Source: Chromera velia (Eukaryota). From it: a stretch of 64,000 nt of DNA. A program made the translations under genes and the position numbers. Each line of letters starts with the position of its first letter. Position 1 is the first letter of the stretch. Of the stretch, positions 38,301-64,000 are shown one piece after another. The notes under the pieces were generated by a model. It was given only the letters and a program-made list of their open reading frames with translations, did not search any database and was not told where the DNA came from. The stretch is taken from contig JAHBMJ010000466.1 in assembly GCA_018398765.1 (NCBI GenBank), positions 62,001 through 126,000 of the forward strand, written 5' to 3'.

Positions 38301-38751
38301 GAGTGTTCCGGGTCTTGGAGCCTCTTTCAGAACAGACCAGTCCTTTGTGGGTGATCTGATTCACGAGAGCTCACCCATACGCCAGGAGTCCGCGCAAAGA
38401 CAAGAATCTTCTCTCAGGGATGAAGGCGCCAGCGGGCAGCCGAATACAAAGGGACGCAGGGTGTCGATCAACGAAGGAGCCGACCAGGCACAGATGCTTC
38501 CTCCAGTCAAAGAGGAGAAAGAGAACGAAGAAATTCGGATTTTGGGAAGAGAAATGGAGACATCGAGTCCACCGGCTCAGAGAATGGAAGAAGGATTCTC
38601 AACAGGTAACCGAGCTAAAGGGCCAGAGCAAGTAGAGGCGGATGGAGGAGGAGAAGGAGGAGACGGCCTGATGGAAGACCTACCGATGGAAGATGATGAG
38701 CCGATACAAGTCCCGTCGTTCCAGGGAAAGAAATGGGAGATGATCATGTGA
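29517..38751 (+). CDS. Receptor-like membrane protein: signal peptide, PhnD/phosphonate-type periplasmic-binding domain, Cys-rich region, multi-pass TM module, disordered tail
   Basis: Exons give DFVFFNPG, NSCIVTEFSGQPVVSLVNKR..FGAVILARRDN, GAVDVSAFGGFL, GHAAVVKAILSGDIDSGTVRTDILEKM, FPFILSTELFPEWPLVALPH, YERWNLPFTYEKVHDAL (type-II PBP). Then CLCKPCLACPTGATCAGG..GWW..C..FEGQICSRC, and TM segments (IFGFEC, LRDEPSLEC, YRFWWLVICARD, PFRTNHMN). Stop at 38751. Confidence 0.85.
35676..36386. repeat. Complex tetranucleotide satellite (ACTG/ACCG/ACTC)n, intronic
   Basis: About 710 nt of interleaved actg, accg and actc units, ending about 45 nt before the acceptor at 36429. Confidence 0.95.
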
Positions 38752-40422
38752 TATATATTCATTTTCATCCTCTGACAGGATGGGGGTACGGAAGGGGAAG
38801 AGAGAATGACTCTAGGGGAAATGTGAGACATAGAGAATGCATTTTATGCAGAGAGGGAAACGAGCGCTTGGGTGCACAGAAACAAAGGTGGTTTTCTTTA
38901 GGCGAAACTGACTGACTCGATCACTCTATTTTCTTTTCTTTCGATGCACGAGTATTTGAATTCATGGAAGGAAGGAAGGAGACAGTCCTGCTTCCTCCCA
39001 CTTCAAAAGAGGAATGACGGAACAACTTTGGACTTGCGTTTGCCCTTGCATTTAGAGAATAGCAGAGAAGGAAAGAAAAGAAAAAACAGACATAGCAAAT
39101 GCTCTCATGAGAGCCTGAAAGTATGGCAATGGCTGGAAGGGGGGGGGGTTTGAGGGAAAACATCAATTAAAGCCATGATCGATACAGATTGACTGACTGA
39201 CTGTCTGATTTACCAGTCCCGCAATATGAGTACTCCACCAGCTGCCCCTATGTAAGAAAACGCACGCATGCGCGATACATACTATCCTCCCGAGCCGAAC
39301 TTTCTTTCTTTCTTAGATGGATAATGGATGAATGAATGAAGAAAGTCAAGTCTTACGATTGTCTTCTTGCCTGCTCTCACTCAGACACGCATTTGTATTT
39401 TGGATTCACATCCCTGCACCCCTTCTTCCATCATTATCGGGCACGTACCTCCTCATACATTTAGTTGACATACAAACAGCATAAGGACAAGAGGAGATGC
39501 CAAAAGAAGATTGAGAAGAGACGATCAGGGCGATGGACGTCCCTTACGCTCATCTCATTCGCTCATTCGATCGATCATGTTGCAGGAAGCAAGGAGACGC
39601 ATGCATGCAGAGAGACAGACAGACAGACAGACAGAGGAACTTCCGGGAAGTGCAGGGAGACCCATCCACGCGGATTTTGAATCAGGATCATTGAATGAAC
39701 AATTCGAAGACAGAAATAAATGTCTTCCTTCGTTTAAATCGCTCGCCACGCTTTAAATTGAGGAAAACCGATCGCTCGCCACACTACAAAATGGTGCAGT
39801 TAGTGAGAATCGGCACGTAATTCGTGAAAAAGATCGATCGACTGTGTTGCGATGCAGACAGACACCGGCGCAGTATGTGCAGGTGCCGCGCTGTCCTTTA
39901 GAAAACAACACTACACCAGTACTTGCCATGCTGTCTGTCTTGTCTACCTGCCTACCCCCTGCGTACCTCCCTGCCTCTCTGTCTGTCTGTCTGTCTGTCT
40001 TGGACAGAATAGAGCATTCTCGATCTAGCTGTGGACCCTAAAGTTTTAAAGTTTTTTTTTGTTAAAGTTTTTTTTTTGCCCTCTAGACTTTATTTTAAAA
40101 AAATATTTTTTAATTAGTTTTTAAATATGTCCTTAATGATTAAGTAAGTCATAACTCTATATAGTTATAATTAAACTAATTATTTACTATTTAGCCGACA
40201 TAGAACATAGCAGAAGCTCAGTTTATTCAGGTTTACGATAGGATAGGATAAGATTTATGTTCCAGATGCCCCCCCCATTCTACTGCCTAGAATAGGCTTA
40301 TACCGTCGGCGGCTTCGTTCGGTGCTATGAGCAGCGAGTTAACCGCCACGCATCTAGAAGATAGATCGATCGATCGATTACTTGCATAAGAAAACCTTTT
40401 CCTTTTCTTGTGCAAATTGACA

Positions 40423-40692
40423 GTGCGAGTGGTGAAACACATTTGAGACAAAGAGAAGGGTACGGAGGACTTGGAGTTTTTTCAGTACTTCAGGGCTGCC
40501 GAGTGGGTGGAAGACTTTGAATTAGCAAATATCAAAGATGTTGCGCCAATGTTGGCATACATTGAAAAGAGGCCTGGGGGGATAGCGGTTGCAAGCAGCC
40601 GCCACCGTCTTTTAGGAGAAGTAATTGTGGCAAAAAAAGAAGTGGATTTTCTAGAGAAGGGCCCTAGAGGACCAAAGTTGCTGGTCGTTTGA
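40423..40692 (+). pseudogene. Possible degraded coding fragment in an AT-rich island
   Basis: After an acceptor-like ttgacag, the frame reads VRVVKHI*DKEKGTEDLEFFQYFRAAEWVEDFELANIKDVAPML... with one in-frame TGA (40444-40446). No homology recognised. Confidence 0.3.
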
Positions 40693-42179
40693 ATTTATAT
40701 AAAATTATATCAAAGTTGTTTCTGGGAATTTTTGTGAGAATTATAATTAATATAGTAATGCATTACATCCATCGTTTTTAAAGTTATGAAACTTTTGTAC
40801 AATTAGTATATCTACTAGTATACAAAGCACTAACTTTACCTGCAATGATGTAAATGAAATTAACTTCTTTAGCAACGTCTTTTAGATCAACTTTTGCATG
40901 TCTGGTTGCATGTTTACTTTTAAAGTTTTAAAGTTAAAGTTAAAAGTTTTACAGGCAAACTATATTATAAAAAAAACTTTAGTGCCCACCCCTAGTTTTC
41001 GATAGATATGTAGACAACCTCGCCTCGCTGTCAAAATTGTCCTGTTTGAACGTCTGGAATATATCAAAGACAAAAGCATGAATCATTACAGTCCTCTGCA
41101 GATCATCGCTGTCTGTACACACGTGGAAGGAAATCGGAACACACACATTGAATACACGAAACAAAAATTCACATAAATTAAAGCAGGCACGGTGTCAAAG
41201 CATATCATGCTAGGTGGACATGTCTGCAAAAAACACCATTTGGGTTCTCAGCCGGCATGCAAAGGTTTACCAAAACGATCTCAGATGTGTTTGTAATATT
41301 TGTTCATGATCGACACATGCTTACATGCAATTAATGCTAGAATTTATAAATGTCTTCATGAACAGTCGTTTGATTCACTCCTTCATGAATCTCTTAGATT
41401 TTATATGGAGAAGCCGGGGCCTATATCGGCCAACACTGTGCGGCGAGTCTACACCAAAATCATTGAGATTGAATAAGATACTAAATAAGATAGAACACGT
41501 TTTTAGAAGCGGATGCTTAATAGTAATAAAACTTATGACAATTGTTAACATAAAACAAATGATAAATATGCGCTTTTTGTTTAACTGAAATTATAATTAT
41601 TTATCTTCTTAAAACTTGCAAAAAGATTTGCTTAATTAATTGCCAGCTAGAGTGAAACTCTAGTGAAACTATAAGATAAAACGGCAACAGTGCTTTAGAG
41701 TACCACTAAATCATTTATCACTTATAAGTCAAATCTTATCTTTAATTTATAAATGCTATATAGAAATCGTCCTAGTGTGGAACGAATCAATCAGTTAATC
41801 AATATTGTATCAATAGATAGTTTTTAATCAATTTTGGGCCGAATTTTAGGCTAGAAGCCTAGCTAAAAGTAGCTAGAAGCACTATCTAAAACGCTAGTTA
41901 AAACCTTCCTAGGATTCTAGCTAGGACTTATAGAAGTTATTATTTTTTAATACCATGAATGTATCTCCAAAAACATTTTTTAGACCTTCAAACCTAGCTC
42001 TAAACCACTTTTTAGAAAATTTAAAACACCTCCAATTTTATTGGAACATCAGTCAGCACCATATTTAGTGTATCACATTAGGTATAACAAATCATAATAA
42101 GCTATAGCAGTCAATATAGTACAGCTCAACATTTTTTTACGGTCGGGGACAGCCTCAGAAGTGTTAAACACACGTCTCA

Positions 42180-47651
<5,472 letters not shown>

Positions 47652-49213
47652 TGTTGTAGCCAGACCGATTGAGTTGGTCACCTGTCAGCAGATTGACCTG
47701 AGAGACCTCTCTCACGAACAGATAGAGAATCGGCAGCACAAGCGGCCTGTTCAAGTAAGGGAGTGGCTTGCCGCCTTGCACGATGCAGACAAACAGGCAA
47801 AACAACAGAGACTGAGTGAGAATGGGTGGTTCAGGTCTGAACAAACATCTACCAGATTTTCTCTTACGATCAAATCTCCTGCAAGCAGAGAGCTTCACCT
47901 CAGTCCTTCGAATGTAAAAACGGTGCCCAGCGGTGGAGGTATCATGGATCATGAGTGAGGCATCGATCAACAAAAAATTCATGATCGACAACATAGATCG
48001 AGGGTGATTGATGCATGGATATGCATGCATGGTGATTGATGGTGATTGGCATGTGATTGGCTCATGGATGATGTTGGATGATTCATGCATGGAGATTCGG
48101 CATGATTCGGGATGCCGTGGCCCCCGATAATTTTTCTCCGTCTCTTTTTTTTTCTGCTGTGTTATGAAAATTTAAGACAATTAAATCGAGACAGCTTTTT
48201 TTTTGCTTCGCTCGACAGAGACAGCAAGGAGTGCATGCAAGTAACAAATTTGACACAAAAAACTACCACTCTGGAAACCTGAACTTACCTGACCTCGCCT
48301 GACCTCTTATTACTACAATAAAGGAAAAGGATTCAATATCTCTAGTGAGAGAAGCTAGTGTGGAGAAGATTGCCTGGAGATTCAAAAACTTTTTTTTCCC
48401 CTGCTTTTACCAGCCTTTTGGTCTTCTACTCTCAAAATCTGAAGAGAGCAGCTAAAATCAGCGCCTAAAGGTCTCCGAAGGCGCTGTGAATCAAAAACCG
48501 GTTCTATTTTTTTAAATCCTTCTTACTTAATTATTTTTTGTACAAATATTTTTGAACTATATACTACTTTAAATTTCTTTAAATTTTTGCGGGTTTTATG
48601 AGTTTTTTGGGAGTGAGGCAGAGCCACTATTATGATGATGATAGATGATAATTAGACTCGATTATTAGAGGTTCAAGTTGAGCCCTATAGCCCATAGTGG
48701 CGTCCCACGGTAGTCGTAACCGTTTCATTGAATTTTTACAAGAAGTTATCAAATTTTCTGAACCAGTTTAATTCAGAATAAAGAGAAGTTATTACTATTA
48801 ATATCATGCAAATGATTCGAATCAGACCTAAACCAAAACAAACACAACAAATTGACACAAAAAACTACCATCTACTGCACTCAGATGCTCCGAAAAGGAG
48901 CAAATTAATCAGTTCATTCTCCCTTGTGACAAGAATCCCAACCTTGAAGCCCCTGCATTAAATAGAGAAAAGTGATCCATTCCTGCAGCTGCTTTGCCTC
49001 TCGATGAAGCCTGCATGTACCCCCTTTTACTTTTCAAATGACTTCTTTACACCGGGAGCTGGACACTATTAAAGGAATTCCCGAACTCCATGCAGGCCAA
49101 CGTCGAGGAAGCAGCCTGTCTCTATGAAGGAAGACACGCACAGATACCGCACCACCCCCGGAAACGAAAAAAATGTACACCGATCGGCCAACTTAACTCT
49201 GCATGGGTGCTAG

Positions 49214-51062
<1,849 letters not shown>

Positions 51063-51389
51063 CGTTGTCTGTCTGATCGATTAGACAAGTGACCTCAGCA
51101 GAGACAGATGTCGATCAGCAATTAAAGACTCTGACAGAGAGGCGGCACCGATCGAAAGGCTCGATTCAGTCTGCATAACTCCAGTGCCCACAATGAGTCG
51201 CAGCCTGCATGGTCAAACTTGAACCCAGAACGAGAAGGAAAGAAGACAAGAAACAATGGTGCCCCGATGCTAGACACGCCTGTACAAAGTGCCTTCTTGA
51301 ATGCAGATCAAACAACGTGCAACACAAAAACAACGTACACAGTCAGAACAACGCGTTTTGCTCAAGTTGGCACTGTGCACAACCGACGT

Positions 51390-51500
51390 ACTAAATCGCC
51401 GGCCGGCCGCGGCCGCGTCGCGCGAGCGGTGCATGCGCAGTTCACCCCCCCCCGCGCGGCCGGCCAATTTTAATTGTCTCCTCACTGTGCATCCTGCATG
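51390..51500. promoter_or_regulatory. Putative bidirectional promoter core between the divergent orphan and receptor genes
   Basis: Lies between ATGs at 51062(-) and 51559(+). Contains CCGGCCGGCCGCGGCCGCGTCGCGCG, GTGCATGCGCA and GCGCGGCCGGCCAATTTTAATT. Confidence 0.55.
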
Positions 51501-51558
51501 ACGTGAAGACGCGCGATGATTTGAAGCAACCTTCTTTTCCGTCCCCTTGCTCGCTCAG

Positions 51559-63731
<12,173 letters not shown>

Positions 63732-64000
63732 GAGAGCGGCCCCGTATATAGACGCAGGGACCAGGGACAGAAGCCGCTTTCCAAACGAAGACGCCCAGAG
63801 CTTGCTTAATCGTGCCTTTTGCTCCTCTCTACCTTCTTCGTCTGTCTGGCACTTTCAGTTTTCAGCAAGATTTTAGTAAACCTCAATAGCTTTTGTCTTT
63901 CGTAGTAGAGAAGCGGGAGGGTCTTGTGAGACTTCTTGCTTCATCGTTTTCCCTATTGAGGCGTTCTTGGATGCCCTCTTTCAAGTAGTCAATCGGCCTC

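Overview
Intron-rich, microsatellite-rich eukaryotic genomic DNA, not prokaryotic. Dense short exons, tgcatgcag acceptors, GTNNGT donors, TGCATGCA-rich promoters and a bipartite plastid-type leader suggest an alveolate alga such as a chromerid (inference, not verified). Most of the ORF track is microsatellite noise, so I built gene models by hand from splice sites and phase consistency. Seven spliced genes were found. (1) The 5' part of a CHD1-like tandem-chromodomain remodeller (minus, runs off the left edge). (2) A RING + LON-N (LONRF-like) protein with a C-terminal TM helix (minus). (3) A large unknown protein with signal + transit-like peptide (plus). (4) A receptor-like protein joining a PhnD/TtrS-type periplasmic-binding domain to a Cys-rich, multi-TM module (plus). 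(5) A UBA-like + importin-alpha-like ARM protein (minus). (6) A 191-aa basic orphan with two HWLPWD motifs (minus). (7) A second receptor-like protein with an unnamed ectodomain, GCC2/ephrin-receptor-like Cys repeats and the same multi-TM module (plus), carrying several splice and frameshift lesions. Genes are separated by AT- and TA-rich islands that look hypermutated. The most notable signals are the modular sensor-swapping receptor pair, repeated duplication of splice junctions (including a 60-bp array with 17 acceptor copies), RIP-like islands, and a recurring palindromic promoter grammar. No CRISPR, rRNA or tRNA was seen.
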